Assembly (NCBI GenBank): GCA_044376115.1
Contig: JBILLK010000001.1
Location: 384,001 to 448,000 of the forward strand
Length of the DNA stretch: 64,000 nt
From: Polyangiaceae bacterium
GTDB taxonomy: Bacteria; Myxococcota_A; Polyangia; Polyangiales; Polyangiaceae
Direction: 5' to 3'
In this document: positions 9,976-20,999 of the stretch, one piece after another
Position numbering within the stretch: the stretch's first letter is position 1
How the letters are laid out: every line of letters begins with the position of its first letter
Program-made: the position numbers and the translations under genes
Notes under the pieces: model-generated
The model's input: only the letters and a program-made list of their open reading frames with translations
The model's database searches: none
Told to the model about the DNA's origin: nothing

Positions 9976-10638
9976 TCACACCGAGTCCCAGATCGGCATC
10001 GTCCAGCTTTCAGCGATACCGGCCTGCTCCCACTCCAAGAAGGACGGCTCACCAAGCAACGCCTGTACGTAAGGCGCAACGGCCTCCGGGACGGTCACAC
10101 CGTAGGTCCGAAGGCGCGTTGCCACTGGTGTGAAGAACGCGTCGGCGATGGTCGGCTTGGCGCCGAACAGAAAAGGACCTGAGCCGCCAAAACGGCCACG
10201 TAGATTGGTCCAGAGCGCAAAGACGCGATCGACGTCGCGTTGTACGTCGGCTTCAAGTTGACGTGGCTCGGTGCGACGCCGGATGTTGCACGGCAGCTTC
10301 GCTCGCATCGCACTGAAGCCTGAGTGCATCTCACAAGCGGCGGCCCGCGCGTGCATACGAGCGATTGGGTCTTCAGGCCAAAGAGCTGGGGCTTGCTCAG
10401 CTGCCCACTCACTGATCGCGAGCGAATCGCTGATGACCTCCGACCCGAGGTGGAGGGCGGGCACAGTACCGCTGGGCGAAACCGATAAAATCGCCGGCAT
10501 ACTGCGGTTGCCGTAGCCGACCCCGCCCATCGGAACCACCCGCGTTTCAAACTCCAGCCCCGACCAACGCAGGACCAACCAGGGCCGAAGAGACCAGGAG
10601 GAATAATTCTGATTGCCGACGTAGAGGAGCGGTTTCAT
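9976..10638 (-). CDS. Glutathione S-transferase family protein
   Basis: GNQNYSSWSLRPW, SPSGTVPAL, DSLAISE, EMHSGF, TIADAFF. Confidence 0.9.
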   Translation of the reverse strand: MKPLLYVGNQNYSSWSLRPWLVLRWSGLEFETRVVPMGGVGYGNRSMPAILSVSPSGTVPALHLGSEVISDSLAISEWAAEQAPALWPEDPIARMHARAAACEMHSGFSAMRAKLPCNIRRRTEPRQLEADVQRDVDRVFALWTNLRGRFGGSGPFLFGAKPTIADAFFTPVATRLRTYGVTVPEAVAPYVQALLGEPSFLEWEQAGIAESWTMPIWDSV

Positions 10639-10674
10639 CCGTGACAAGGTGTACGCCCTTTTGCTTTGCGTGCA

Positions 10675-12150
10675 ATGACTCTCCCAAGAGAACTCGTCGC
10701 TGGCCGTTACGCTCTGGCCGAACCACTCGGACGAGGAGGCTTCGGCGTCGTTCGGCGCGCGTTTGATCAGCAGCGTCAGCAGTGGGTCGCCGTAAAGCTC
10801 ATGACGCTGACTTCGCGGGAGGCGAAGGCTCGCTTTGCGAGAGAAGCGCGGCTGATGAGTCAGCTGTCACACCCGAACACCACGCGCATCTTGGATATTG
10901 GGGAGACCGAATCGGGCACACCTTTTCTCGTCCTTGAGCTTCTGCGGGGAGAGACCCTCGAGGCGCGACTCACGCGCGGGCCACTGCCACTTACGCTCGC
11001 GTTGCACGTAATCCACGGCCTCCTCGGGAGTTTGGCGGAGGCCCATACTCGCGGGATCATTCATCGTGATGTGAAGCCGGCGAACGTCTTCCTGGTTGAG
11101 CAGCTGGGCCTTCCGTTGGTGAAGGTGATGGACTTTGGTATCGCCAAGGACCCACTCTCAGCGAACGCGACGAGTGAGTTCAACGCTCTCGAGGCCGTCC
11201 GTATGGGCAGGCTCCCAACCAGCCAGCGTGGTCAGCCCAATCTGACGGCTGAAGACATGATGATCGGCTCACCGCGCTACATGGCTCCCGAGCAAATCAC
11301 GGGAGCGCCGATCGGCACTCACAGCGACGTCTTTTCGGCGGGCCTCGTACTCGCCGAGATGCTGACGGGCGAGTCTGTCTTCCTCGGGCAAGGAGCAATC
11401 AGCGTCTTCATCGAGCGTGCAACGCGAGAGCCGGTCAGCCTCCCGCAACTGCCACCGGAGGTCCGCACCGTGGTTGAGCGCGCCCTTCGCGTAGCGAGCA
11501 GCGAGCGCTTTCAGAACGCGGGCGAGATGTTGGCGGCGCTCCCCAACAGCACCGCCACCAACGCTACGACGCTGCGCTCTCGACTGCGCTGGCCGCTGGT
11601 AGCGCTGGCAGCGTGCTTCGTGGGAGCGCTGCTCGCGCTGGCCGTGTTGGGTTTGCGTCAGCGACCGCAAAAGCACGCCGAACCCGACGACGAGAGTGTT
11701 GATGAAGAATCTAGCCGCGCCCAGTCACGGAAGAAGCGACGACGCTCGGAGGCGAAGACTGAGTCGAGAACGGCTGCTGCTGACTCACCGCATACGCCCG
11801 ATCGCTACGCGGAGGTTATCCGGCGACCCTCACTCGATGTCGACGCGCTACGGCGAGCTGGCTTTTCCAATGTTGTAGTCAAGGCAGACAGTGTGTCGAC
11901 CTACAACGACAACGGCAGGCAGTTCTGCACGGCTCAGAAGATCGACGTCAGTCGTTCTATTGACTGTTCGGCGATGGCGCAGTCGATGCTCAATAGCGCC
12001 GACAATCCCACCGCTGTCATCTGTTCGCCAGACGAGCTGCTTTGGCTAACCTGCATCAACGACACGAAGGGCGTGCCTGATCCAAACGCCAAAGCAAGAC
12101 TGCAGGCCTTCATCAAGGCGCTAAACCTCGCTCAGTTCTTCACGCCCTAG
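10675..12150 (+). CDS. Membrane Ser/Thr protein kinase (Hanks type)
   Basis: GRGGFG, VAVK, HRDVKPAN, DFG, YMAPE, then a TM helix and Cys-containing external domain. Confidence 0.92.
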   Translation: MTLPRELVAGRYALAEPLGRGGFGVVRRAFDQQRQQWVAVKLMTLTSREAKARFAREARLMSQLSHPNTTRILDIGETESGTPFLVLELLRGETLEARLTRGPLPLTLALHVIHGLLGSLAEAHTRGIIHRDVKPANVFLVEQLGLPLVKVMDFGIAKDPLSANATSEFNALEAVRMGRLPTSQRGQPNLTAEDMMIGSPRYMAPEQITGAPIGTHSDVFSAGLVLAEMLTGESVFLGQGAISVFIERATREPVSLPQLPPEVRTVVERALRVASSERFQNAGEMLAALPNSTATNATTLRSRLRWPLVALAACFVGALLALAVLGLRQRPQKHAEPDDESVDEESSRAQSRKKRRRSEAKTESRTAAADSPHTPDRYAEVIRRPSLDVDALRRAGFSNVVVKADSVSTYNDNGRQFCTAQKIDVSRSIDCSAMAQSMLNSADNPTAVICSPDELLWLTCINDTKGVPDPNAKARLQAFIKALNLAQFFTP

Positions 12151-12438
12151 CTAGAGCGCGCACTTGATCAGGTTCTCGGTCTCTTGCGCGCAACCATCCG
12201 CGTCGACCGATCCATTGATGCACTCGAACTCGTCGGCAACGCAGCTCTGCAGCTCGCTGTATTGATCCGAGCAGCCTTCCTCCTCGGCTGCCTTCTCCGC
12301 GTCCTCGAGAGCGTCGATGCAGGAGGTGAGCTCAGCGTCCGAGCAGCCGGTGCAGTCACAGGTGTCTTCGCACAGCGAGGTAGCCGAAGGACCGCAGCCA
12401 ACCACAAGCAAGGCCAGAACGATGGTGACGTTACGCAT
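12151..12438 (-). CDS. Small Cys-rich lipoprotein
   Basis: MRNVTIVLALLVVGC lipobox and multiple Cys; TATGGT 6 nt upstream. Confidence 0.65.
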   Translation of the reverse strand: MRNVTIVLALLVVGCGPSATSLCEDTCDCTGCSDAELTSCIDALEDAEKAAEEEGCSDQYSELQSCVADEFECINGSVDADGCAQETENLIKCAL

Positions 12439-12530
12439 GCCTTCACCATAGCCGCACTCGCGCACGATTTGCGCCTGAGTTGCTTTGAAGCGAGTTGCCA
12501 CAAACGTGCTGCGCGCCACTTGCTCTTCGA

Positions 12531-12546
12531 TGGCACGGTCTTAGCT
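12531..12546 (+). promoter_or_regulatory. Candidate sigma54 -24/-12 promoter of clpB
   Basis: TGGCACGGTCTTAGCT has GG and GC at canonical spacing. Confidence 0.35.
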
Positions 12547-12556
12547 TCGGGCGGCC

Positions 12557-15157
12557 ATGAGATTCGACAGAATGACGACGAAGGCGCAAGAATCCGTTCG
12601 GTCAGCGCTCGACTACGCCAGCCGCAACGGTCACCCCGAACTCTATCCGGAGCACATCGTACGGGCGCTGTTGCTCCAAGAAGAAGGTGTCACTTCCCCT
12701 GTCGTGACGAAGGCCGGCGCAGATCCCAACGCGCTCCGCACCGCACTTGAAGCCAAGCTCAACTCCTATCCGCGCGTGAGCGGCGGCGCCGAGCCCAACC
12801 TCTCACGGCGCGCACATACGCTTTTGCAGAAGGCCGAAGACGAGGCGAAGGCCCTGTCTGACGAGTATACGTCGGCCGAGCACCTGCTGCTCGCTGCAGC
12901 AAAGCACGATCGCGATCTGATGGGTCTGCTCGAGAAGGCGGGCCTCACCTACGACAAATTACTCTCCGCCCTTTCACAAGTGCGCGGTAGCCAGCGGGTG
13001 ACCGACCGTGACCCGGAAGGCAAATTCCAGGCGCTCGAGAAGTACACCAAGAACCTCACCGCGCTCGCGCGGCGGGGCAAGCTGGACCCGGTGATCGGCC
13101 GTGATGAAGAGATCCGGCGGGTCATTCAGGTGCTCTCGCGGCGCACCAAGAACAACCCCGTGTTGATCGGTGAGCCCGGCGTAGGCAAGACAGCGATCGT
13201 CGAGGGCATCGCTCAGCGCATCATCACCGGAGACGTTCCGGAGGGCCTGAAGGAGAAGGACGTGTGCTCGCTCGATCTGGCCTCGATGGTGGCCGGGTCG
13301 AAGTTTCGCGGGGAGTTCGAGGACCGGCTGAAGGCCGTGCTCAAGGAGATTGAGGCGGCCAACGGGCGCGTCATCCTGTTCATTGATGAGCTGCACACGC
13401 TCGTTGGTGCTGGCGCAGCAGAAGGCGCGATGGATGCGGCGAATATGCTCAAGCCGGCGCTCGCTCGCGGGGAGCTGCGCTGCATCGGCGCGACTACCTT
13501 GGACGAGTATCGCAAGCACATCGAGAAGGACGCTGCGCTCGAGCGGCGCTTTCAGCAGGTCCTCGTGGGCCAGCCGACGGTGGAGGACACCATCGCGATC
13601 CTGCGCGGGCTGAAGGAGCGCTACGAAACACACCACGGCATCCGCATCCAAGATGCAGCGCTGATCGCGGCGGCCAATCTCTCCAATCGCTACGTGACCG
13701 AGCGCTTCCTGCCCGACAAGGCGATCGATCTCGTGGATGAAGCGGCCTCGCGTATCCGCATGGAGATCGACAGCCTGCCGACGGCGATCGACCAGGTACA
13801 ACGAGAGCTCTTGAAGCTGCAAATGGAGGAACAGGCGCTCAAACGGGAGACAGACAAGGCCTCCAAGATCCGGATCGAAGAGACGATTCGCGAGATCGCC
13901 GAGAAGCAAGCGCAACGGTCCGCCATGCGCGCCCAGTGGATGGCCGAGAAGGAGATCCTCGCCGAGCTGCGCTCGCTTACGCCCAAGATCGAGGAGCTGC
14001 GGCTCGAGAGCGAGACCGCCAAACGCAAGGGGGATCTCGGGAAGGCCGCCGAGATCGAGTACGGGAAGATCCCTGAGGTGGAGAAGCAGCGAGAGACGTT
14101 GCGCGCCAAACTGGCCGGCGTTCAGAAGACGCAGGCCTACCTCAAGGAGGAGGTCACAGACGAGGACATCGCGATGGTCATCTCGCGATGGACCGGCATT
14201 CCGGTCAGCAAGATGCTCGAGAGTGAGATGCAGAAGCTACTCAGCCTCGAGACGGATCTGCGCGCCCGCGTAGTCGGCCAGGAGGAGGCGCTCGCGGCGA
14301 TCTCGAACGCGATCCGCAGGTCGCGCGCCGGTCTCGGAGACGAGCGTCGGCCGATCGGCTCCTTCATGTTCCTCGGCCCCACCGGCGTCGGCAAAACCGA
14401 GCTGGCGAAGGCCCTCGCGGAGCGGCTCTTCGCCGATGAGAAGGCGCTCATTCGTTTGGACATGAGCGAGTACCAAGAACGCCACACTGTGGCACGTTTG
14501 CTGGGCGCTCCGCCCGGGTACGTCGGCTACGGCGAAGGAGGTCAGCTCACCGAGCCAGTGAGAAGGCGTCCGTACAGCGTGGTGCTCTTCGACGAGATCG
14601 AGAAGGCCCACCCCGACATTTGGAACACGTTGCTGCAGGCGTTGGATGATGGCCGCCTGACCGATGGGCAGGGGCGCACGGTGGACTTCAAGAACACCGT
14701 GATCATCCTCACCTCCAACGTTGGTTCCGCTGCAGCAGCAGCCATCGAGGACGACGCCTCACTCTCTGCAAGCGACAGGGTGAGTCGCGTTCGAGCCTCG
14801 GTGCTCGCCGACGTGAGGCAGAGCTTCCGGCCCGAGTTCCTCAATCGTCTCGATGAGCTCGTGATTTTCCAGCGCCTCGGGCGCGAGCAGATGCACAGCA
14901 TCGTCGACATCCAACTGGCTCGCTTCGAGAAGCGGGTTCAGGGCCGGGGTATCAAGATCGAGATCAGCGCCGAGGCGAAGGAGTTCTTGATCGAGCAAGG
15001 TTGGGACCCGGTATACGGTGCCCGCCCGCTCAAGCGCGCCATCCTCAAGTACGTCGAAGACGTGCTTGCGCGGAAGCTCCTCGGGTCCGAGTTCGTCTCG
15101 GGCGACACCATCTTGGTAGGTCGCGGCTCCGACGCGCTGACGTTCGTGAAGGCTTAG
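12557..15157 (+). CDS. clpB: ATP-dependent chaperone ClpB
   Basis: Clp-N domain, GEPGVGKT and GPTGVGKT Walker A motifs, coiled-coil middle domain, GARPLKR; 866 aa. Confidence 0.97.
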   Translation: MRFDRMTTKAQESVRSALDYASRNGHPELYPEHIVRALLLQEEGVTSPVVTKAGADPNALRTALEAKLNSYPRVSGGAEPNLSRRAHTLLQKAEDEAKALSDEYTSAEHLLLAAAKHDRDLMGLLEKAGLTYDKLLSALSQVRGSQRVTDRDPEGKFQALEKYTKNLTALARRGKLDPVIGRDEEIRRVIQVLSRRTKNNPVLIGEPGVGKTAIVEGIAQRIITGDVPEGLKEKDVCSLDLASMVAGSKFRGEFEDRLKAVLKEIEAANGRVILFIDELHTLVGAGAAEGAMDAANMLKPALARGELRCIGATTLDEYRKHIEKDAALERRFQQVLVGQPTVEDTIAILRGLKERYETHHGIRIQDAALIAAANLSNRYVTERFLPDKAIDLVDEAASRIRMEIDSLPTAIDQVQRELLKLQMEEQALKRETDKASKIRIEETIREIAEKQAQRSAMRAQWMAEKEILAELRSLTPKIEELRLESETAKRKGDLGKAAEIEYGKIPEVEKQRETLRAKLAGVQKTQAYLKEEVTDEDIAMVISRWTGIPVSKMLESEMQKLLSLETDLRARVVGQEEALAAISNAIRRSRAGLGDERRPIGSFMFLGPTGVGKTELAKALAERLFADEKALIRLDMSEYQERHTVARLLGAPPGYVGYGEGGQLTEPVRRRPYSVVLFDEIEKAHPDIWNTLLQALDDGRLTDGQGRTVDFKNTVIILTSNVGSAAAAAIEDDASLSASDRVSRVRASVLADVRQSFRPEFLNRLDELVIFQRLGREQMHSIVDIQLARFEKRVQGRGIKIEISAEAKEFLIEQGWDPVYGARPLKRAILKYVEDVLARKLLGSEFVSGDTILVGRGSDALTFVKA

Positions 15158-15216
15158 CCTTCTTGCGTGCGAGTTCCACTGTGTGCTCCACACTGAGGGC
15201 GACCATCATTCCCATT

Positions 15217-15263
15217 GCCGGCGCTGCTCATGGCAGTAAAAGGGCTGTCATGACAGCGTCGGC
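15217..15263. other. Long intergenic hairpin between clpB and mntP
   Basis: GCCGGCGCTG-C-TCATGGCAG pairs with CTGTCATGA-CAGCGTCGGC: 19-bp stem with two G-U pairs, one bulge and an 8-nt loop. Confidence 0.55.
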
Positions 15264-15275
15264 TCGGCACTAACC

Positions 15276-15854
15276 ATGGATGTGGCAACCGTCTTCCTGC
15301 TCTCGGTTGGTCTCGCCATGGACGCCACGGCAGTAGCTGCCACGCGCGGCTTTGCCAGCGCTTCACGCAAGGGCCATGGTGAGCTCGCTGCCGTCGCCTT
15401 GTGTTTTGGTGGCATGCAGGCTGGGCTTTCGCTCGCTGGCGCGCTGGCGGAGGCGCAGGTCGGAACGGCGGTGGCCTCCTACGATCACTGGATCGCGTTT
15501 GCGCTTTTGGCCTTCATTGGCGGCAAGATGCTCTACGACGTCATTCGTGGCGGGGATGAGGACGAGCCGCTGAAGCCGCTGAGCCTTACCACCCTCTTGC
15601 TGCTGGGGCTGGCCACCAGCATTGACGCGCTAGCGGCCGGCTTCACCTTGCGCGCGCTCGCGGTTCCCATCGGTCTCACCGTCACGGCGATCGGCGTCGT
15701 CACCGCGGCGCTCTCGGCAATCGGCTACCTGATCGGAAAGCGGCTCGGTGGCGCGTTTGGCAAGCAGCTGACCGCGGTGGGCGGCATTGCGCTGATCGCC
15801 ATCGGCATCAAGGTGCTCTTCGATCACGGCGTGCTGACGCTCTCGGCCCTGTAA
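15276..15854 (+). CDS. mntP: Manganese efflux pump MntP
   Basis: GLAMDATAVA, DHWIAFALL..IGGKM, ATSIDALAAG; several TM helices. Confidence 0.9.
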   Translation: MDVATVFLLSVGLAMDATAVAATRGFASASRKGHGELAAVALCFGGMQAGLSLAGALAEAQVGTAVASYDHWIAFALLAFIGGKMLYDVIRGGDEDEPLKPLSLTTLLLLGLATSIDALAAGFTLRALAVPIGLTVTAIGVVTAALSAIGYLIGKRLGGAFGKQLTAVGGIALIAIGIKVLFDHGVLTLSAL

Positions 15855-15872
15855 CAGGCTCGCCGACGCAGC

Positions 15873-16898
15873 TCACATGACCGTGGTGCAAAGGCCCCCG
15901 GTGCAAACGCCTCCGCAGCAATCGGCAGCGGTCGAACAGGCCACACCATCGAGGCTGCACGGCAACGAGCAGTGACCGGCCACACAGAGGCCGCTGCAAC
16001 AATCGGCGTTCATCGTGCAGATGTCACCAGTCGGAACGCATTCAGTCGCGGCGCAGGTCGGCGGATCACCGGCGCACTGAAGGCCGCAGCAGGCTGCGTC
16101 GAAGTTGCATGACTCACCGTTCGCTACGCAGCCCGGTTGGCACGTGAGCATGCCTGCATCATTCGGAAGGCACTTACCGTTGCAACAGTCAGCGTCGGTC
16201 TCGCAGCCAGCGCCGGTGGTGTGACAAGTACCCGGCCCATGCACGCAGATCGGCGGGTTCTGCTCCTCGTCGCAAACCTCGCAGCAACCGTTACTCGGCC
16301 CCGAATTGCACGTCTCGCCGGTGGGCCGGCAATCTGGGTTGCTGCGGTCGATTTGGCATTCGCCGCCCTCACAAATGTTGGAGCAACATTCGGCGGCGGT
16401 GCTGCACGGCTCACTCTCGATTCGACATTGGGCCCCGCCACAAACACCGCCGTTGCAGTTGAGGTCACAACAATCGAGCGCCTTTTCGCAGGCAGTGCCG
16501 TCACCGACGCAGAACGGCAAGCACTTGACCAAGCCGGTGCCTGTTTCGGGCTCACAACGGCCGGAACAACAATCACCAGACGCTGAGCACTCGGTTCCCG
16601 ACGGGTCACAATCACCTGCCTCAATGCACACTCCGTCGATGCAAAAGTGCGAGCAGCAGGCGTCCGGATTGTCACAAGCCTGGCCCGTTGCAACACACTG
16701 CCCGGCCCCGCCCGAACCACCGTTCGACGCGTTCGCCCCCTGCCCTCCCCCGCCGGGATTGCCTGCAGCGGTGCCCCCGCCCTGTCCGGCTTGACCACCC
16801 CCGGTGCTTGCGCCGCCGGTGCTCGTCCCGCCACTATCCGAGCAGGCAACGATGGTCAGGAGGGTCGCAGCGAAGAAGCCATGACGAGCGGTCAGCAT
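15873..16898 (-). CDS. Lipoprotein with ~9 knottin-like Cys repeats
   Basis: IVAC lipobox, Gly-rich linker, repeated C-X6-C-X5-CC-X3-C units. Confidence 0.8.
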   Translation of the reverse strand: MLTARHGFFAATLLTIVACSDSGGTSTGGASTGGGQAGQGGGTAAGNPGGGGQGANASNGGSGGAGQCVATGQACDNPDACCSHFCIDGVCIEAGDCDPSGTECSASGDCCSGRCEPETGTGLVKCLPFCVGDGTACEKALDCCDLNCNGGVCGGAQCRIESEPCSTAAECCSNICEGGECQIDRSNPDCRPTGETCNSGPSNGCCEVCDEEQNPPICVHGPGTCHTTGAGCETDADCCNGKCLPNDAGMLTCQPGCVANGESCNFDAACCGLQCAGDPPTCAATECVPTGDICTMNADCCSGLCVAGHCSLPCSLDGVACSTAADCCGGVCTGGLCTTVM

Positions 16899-16994
16899 CC
16901 TTCGACGCTACAAGCTCGGCCGAGCCCGCCGCCAGTTTCGGCATTCAGGGCGTGAAACTAGCGTGTTCTAGTCAGAACACACCGCCCTTCACTG

Positions 16995-17399
16995 TTATTC
17001 AGCGAAGCCCATTCGCCCAGCTTGGCTTGCACGCCCGCTGTACGAACTTACGACTCGGGCGCGATAGCCGCGCGCATAGAGCTTGGCCACCATCTGCTCG
17101 AAGCCGTCGCCTGAACAGGCCGGCGAGACAGCCTCGACCACCGCAGAACGGCCTTCATAGTCAACGTCGACGGCGCGCACGCCGCCAACACTCGAGAGCG
17201 CGGCTCGCACCTTGACCGGACAGGCTTCACCGCAGGCCATGTTCGGAATCGCCAGCTCGACGGTGCAACTATCACGCGTGGGCACCTTGCTGAAGTCTCC
17301 GTACGGGCTCCCGCCACAGCCAGCGGCGAGGGGTAGCAGCAGACCCGTAGCGGCTAGAAACAGGCCGGCGGCGGCAGATTTGCGCAGCGAAACGAGCAT
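16995..17399 (-). CDS. Heavy-metal-associated (HMA) domain lipoprotein
   Basis: AAGC lipobox, NMACGEACPVKVRAAL..VGGV..VDV. Confidence 0.75.
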   Translation of the reverse strand: MLVSLRKSAAAGLFLAATGLLLPLAAGCGGSPYGDFSKVPTRDSCTVELAIPNMACGEACPVKVRAALSSVGGVRAVDVDYEGRSAVVEAVSPACSGDGFEQMVAKLYARGYRARVVSSYSGRASQAGRMGFAE

Positions 17400-17441
17400 T
17401 CCGTCACCATAGCAAAGTTGTTCGCGCTGGACGAAATCACG

Positions 17442-18722
17442 CTACCGCGATGGCGGCCGTTGGCTGGGCGGCGGCTCCGATTGCTCGGAGAGCCCGCTCA
17501 CCACGCGGCGCAGCAGATCCAGGGCGGAGTAGGCAGCTTGGTGCTGGATGTCATTTCGATCTCCTTGGAAGACGCGCTCTCGCACCACCACGCCACCCGG
17601 GTGCGCAACGGCCCAGTACACGAGCCCCACCGGCTTGTGTGTGGAACCGCCGCCCGGCCCTGCAATGCCGGTCACCGAGAGCCCAACGTCCACTTCACAG
17701 ACGCGGCGTACACCTTGGGCCATCTCCGCTGCGACCTCGGCGCTGACGGCACCGTGGCCGCGCAACGTATCTTCGGCCACTGAAAGCAACCGCGTCTTGG
17801 CGCTGTTGGCGTACACGACCGCGCCGCCGATCAGAAAGTCGCTGGCGCCCGGATAGGACGTGAGCATCTGCGCGATCAGCCCGCCCGTGCACGATTCAGC
17901 GAGGGCCAAGCGCAATCCCCGCGAGCGCAGACTGCGCGAGGTGATGAGCGGGAGATCGTCGTCTCCCTCGCCATACACGACATCACCGAGCACCTTCGAC
18001 GTCAGCGCGGCACACTCGGTGGCCAGCGTACGGGCGGCGTCATAGCTATCGGCGCGCGCCGAGATCTTGATGTCGAGCTCGGGAACGTGAAGACGATATC
18101 CGACGGTTACTCCGGGAAACCTCGCTTCGATATCGGCAAGCAGCTCCGCTGCGACCGACTCGGGCATGCCGAACGTTCGCAAACGCACGACGTGCGTTTT
18201 TCGCGAAGCGGACGGGCCAATCCTTGGCAGGACTTGGTCTTGGAACATGCGCTTCATTTCGCGCGGAACACCGGGCATGAAGTAGGCCGTGGCGTCACCG
18301 ATGCGCAACGCGAAGCCAGGCGCCGTTCCCTCGGAGTTGGACAGCTGCTCACTGCCTTCCGGCAGATCGGCCTGCTTCTCGTGATGCGGGGTCAGCGTGC
18401 GACCACGCGCCTCGACCCTGCGCCGAATCGCGAGCAACGCGCTCTCGTCACGGGTTTGCTTGACCCCTGCGGCCAAGGCCGCAGCCCGCGCCGTTAGATC
18501 ATCGGTGGTCGGCCCGAGCCCGCCTGTGACCACGATCACTTGGTGTTCAGCCGCCATGCGCTTGAGCGTGGCAGCGATCTTCTCCACGTCGTCCGAAACA
18601 GCGGAGCCACCTCCGACATCGAACCCAGCATCGGTGAGCGCTGCCGCGAGATAGGCCGAGTTCGTATCGACGATCTCACCGCGTGTAACTTCGGTCCCGA
18701 CCGACAAGATCCCAACCGTCAT
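17442..18722 (-). CDS. cinA: Competence/damage-inducible protein CinA (MoCF-like + NMN deamidase)
   Basis: [50 protein letters not shown]. Confidence 0.93.
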   Translation of the reverse strand: MTVGILSVGTEVTRGEIVDTNSAYLAAALTDAGFDVGGGSAVSDDVEKIAATLKRMAAEHQVIVVTGGLGPTTDDLTARAAALAAGVKQTRDESALLAIRRRVEARGRTLTPHHEKQADLPEGSEQLSNSEGTAPGFALRIGDATAYFMPGVPREMKRMFQDQVLPRIGPSASRKTHVVRLRTFGMPESVAAELLADIEARFPGVTVGYRLHVPELDIKISARADSYDAARTLATECAALTSKVLGDVVYGEGDDDLPLITSRSLRSRGLRLALAESCTGGLIAQMLTSYPGASDFLIGGAVVYANSAKTRLLSVAEDTLRGHGAVSAEVAAEMAQGVRRVCEVDVGLSVTGIAGPGGGSTHKPVGLVYWAVAHPGGVVVRERVFQGDRNDIQHQAAYSALDLLRRVVSGLSEQSEPPPSQRPPSR

Positions 18723-19516
18723 GCTGACCCCCGCGCAGAGATCGCCACCGCGAGCGTCCCCACATTTTCGATCTCGATGCGCAGGCGATCCCCGGACTTG
18801 AGTGGACCTACGCCCTCTGGCGTGCCGGTGAGAACGATGTCGCCCGGCAGCAGCGTCATCACCTGACTCACGTGGGAGAGCACCCGCGGTATCGAGAAAA
18901 TCATGTTCGAAGTGAGGCCGTCTTGTCGAAGCTCGTCGTTCACCCAGCAGCGGATGCGAAGGTTCGTTGGATCGATCTCGGTCACCACCTGCGGCCCGAC
19001 GGGACAGAAGGTGTCCATCCCTTTGGCTCGCCACCATTGGCCGTCCTTCTTTTGAAGGTCTCGCGCGGTGACGTCGCACGCAACGCTGTAGCCGAAGATG
19101 GCCGATTGCGCGGTTGCCTCATCGGCCTGATGCAGCCTCTTGCCCACGACGACGACGAGCTCAGCCTCATGCTCGATTCGCTCGGAGATGCTCGGCGGCG
19201 GCAAGATCACCGCGTCATTCGCTCCTATCAACGAGCTCGGTGGCTTCAGAAACAGCATCGGCTCGACCGGAAGATCGTTGCCGAGCTCCTTGGCATGGGC
19301 CGCATAGTTACGCCCGACGCAAAGGATCTTGCTCGGAGTCACTGGCGCGGCGAGCCGGCGGTCGGTCATGCCCTCGAACGCTGCGACCTGCTCTCCCGTC
19401 GCTACGCCCCCCAACCAAGGTGCATCCGTGAGCACATGAGCCGCGCCATCTTTGATCTCAGCGTGGACGATCTGCGCGTCGCTTAGCGCGATGCGGACGA
19501 ACAACCGATTGGACAT
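18719..19516 (-). CDS. Fumarylacetoacetate hydrolase family protein
   Basis: [41 protein letters not shown]. Confidence 0.92.
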   Translation of the reverse strand: MSNRLFVRIALSDAQIVHAEIKDGAAHVLTDAPWLGGVATGEQVAAFEGMTDRRLAAPVTPSKILCVGRNYAAHAKELGNDLPVEPMLFLKPPSSLIGANDAVILPPPSISERIEHEAELVVVVGKRLHQADEATAQSAIFGYSVACDVTARDLQKKDGQWWRAKGMDTFCPVGPQVVTEIDPTNLRIRCWVNDELRQDGLTSNMIFSIPRVLSHVSQVMTLLPGDIVLTGTPEGVGPLKSGDRLRIEIENVGTLAVAISARGSA

Positions 19517-20999
19517 CACCATCTTCCTCCGTGTCCCGTGTGAGCTTTTCGAATGACGGAGCTTGGTCCTGGGCCTCGTCGTCCTCATCTTCGTCGTGGT
19601 CGGGCTTAGCGGCGGGCTTGCTCGGGCCGCTGGCCAGCTGGGGCTGTGGCTCGATGCGATCCAGAATTCCCGCGAGAGCGTCCAACATCGCCACGCGCAG
19701 TCGCTCGTAGGTCTTCGGCCCGATGTCGCCCCGCTTGTAGGCCTTCTCCAACAGTCCGAACTCGATCAGCAGCGAGCTGCGCGCTTCCTTTAGGTCCTCG
19801 AGGGCTTCGTTGGTGATGCCGGAGCGTTTGCGCACCGCCAAGTAACCCAGACCCAAAATCACAGCGCCAAGCGAAAGAACAACCGCCAGGTAAGAGGCCC
19901 ACGGACGGGATGGCAGACCAGAAATGGTTGCCGAAGGAGGGCTCAAGAACTTGGCCTTGAGGTAGTCCTCCGAGGTGATTTGCGTCTTTGTTACGAGGAA
20001 GCTCTTTCCAAGCTGATCTGTCTTCCGCTCGGGCTTGGGGTAACCCGCGAGCGTCAGGTTCATCTTCTGCGAGGCCTCCAGCGCGATACCTACTGCTGCC
20101 ATGTTGGGAGGAAGCGGGAGCTCCAACGTCTGCGAGCCGTCTGTCTCCATCGGGATCTGGAACTTGAACGCAAGCGGCGTCTCCCCCGGTGGCACGGTGC
20201 CCTTGATCATGACGTTGGTTTCGCTAGCCGAGACCTTCGGACTTCCCCCATCCGGAGTGTTGAACGCCTTGAACCCCACCGGCATTGGGAAGCTGTGATC
20301 GGCCACCCAAGCAGTGGGACTCCGATTCAGATAGGAGACCTGGTACTCGAGTACGAGCACGTCGTCCTTCAAGGTCACGCTGATGTTGCACTTGCCGAGA
20401 ATGCCGGCTTCGTTGATGTCGGCCGTCCACTCATAGACATGAAGGTGCGCTCGAACGCCGAACTTGTCGCTCAGGTTGAAGTCGCCCGTGTCGAAGCTGG
20501 CCTCACCGTTCTTCGCGATGATGCGATAGAGATGACCAGAGCCAAACTCGAGCCCGCTGAAGGTTGCCAAGCCGCGCGCGTCGGTAACGCCTTTCAGTCG
20601 TTCCTTGCTGTCACCCCGAGCGACGCTCTGGTGCAACACCGCCACCTCGAATGGCGTGTTGGCGAGAGGCTGCTCACCGGCGTCACGGAGCGAAACTAGG
20701 ATGGTCCCACGCTCGAGATCCGGCGCGGGCTCCGCTCCGTCTTGCGGAAGTGGCATCTCTTGAGGGTTGCCCCCGCCGTGAGGATTTGCCCCGTGCGGGT
20801 TCGGCTGCGCGCGGGGTACTGAAGGAGCTGCAACGGGCTGCGCAGAGCCAGCGGGTGTTGCGGAGCCCGCCTGTGGCGCGCCGCTGCTAGGGGCCGCCGC
20901 TGGTGGTGCCATCGGCTGAGCACCGGCCACGGGCGTGAGCGCCAACAGCCCAAGCAAGCTGAATACGGCGCACGGCCTCTGCCACCGCGAGTCATTCAT
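19458..20999 (-). CDS. Exported protein with C-terminal membrane anchor, in ccm operon
   Basis: Signal peptide, PHG repeats, TDARG beta-sandwich motif, C-terminal TM plus helical tail; overlaps neighbours. Confidence 0.65.
   Translation of the reverse strand: MNDSRWQRPCAVFSLLGLLALTPVAGAQPMAPPAAAPSSGAPQAGSATPAGSAQPVAAPSVPRAQPNPHGANPHGGGNPQEMPLPQDGAEPAPDLERGTILVSLRDAGEQPLANTPFEVAVLHQSVARGDSKERLKGVTDARGLATFSGLEFGSGHLYRIIAKNGEASFDTGDFNLSDKFGVRAHLHVYEWTADINEAGILGKCNISVTLKDDVLVLEYQVSYLNRSPTAWVADHSFPMPVGFKAFNTPDGGSPKVSASETNVMIKGTVPPGETPLAFKFQIPMETDGSQTLELPLPPNMAAVGIALEASQKMNLTLAGYPKPERKTDQLGKSFLVTKTQITSEDYLKAKFLSPPSATISGLPSRPWASYLAVVLSLGAVILGLGYLAVRKRSGITNEALEDLKEARSSLLIEFGLLEKAYKRGDIGPKTYERLRVAMLDALAGILDRIEPQPQLASGPSKPAAKPDHDEDEDDEAQDQAPSFEKLTRDTEEDGDVQSVVRPHRAKRRADRPR

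Noticed and set aside
12440..12556. CIRCE (HrcA) operator upstream of clpB
   Set aside because: Only a partial GCACTC; no TTAGCACTC-N9-GAGTGCTAA inverted repeat
15158..15275. yybP-ykoY manganese riboswitch upstream of mntP
   Set aside because: The conserved GGGGAGUA and CAACAUAC-type loop motifs were not found
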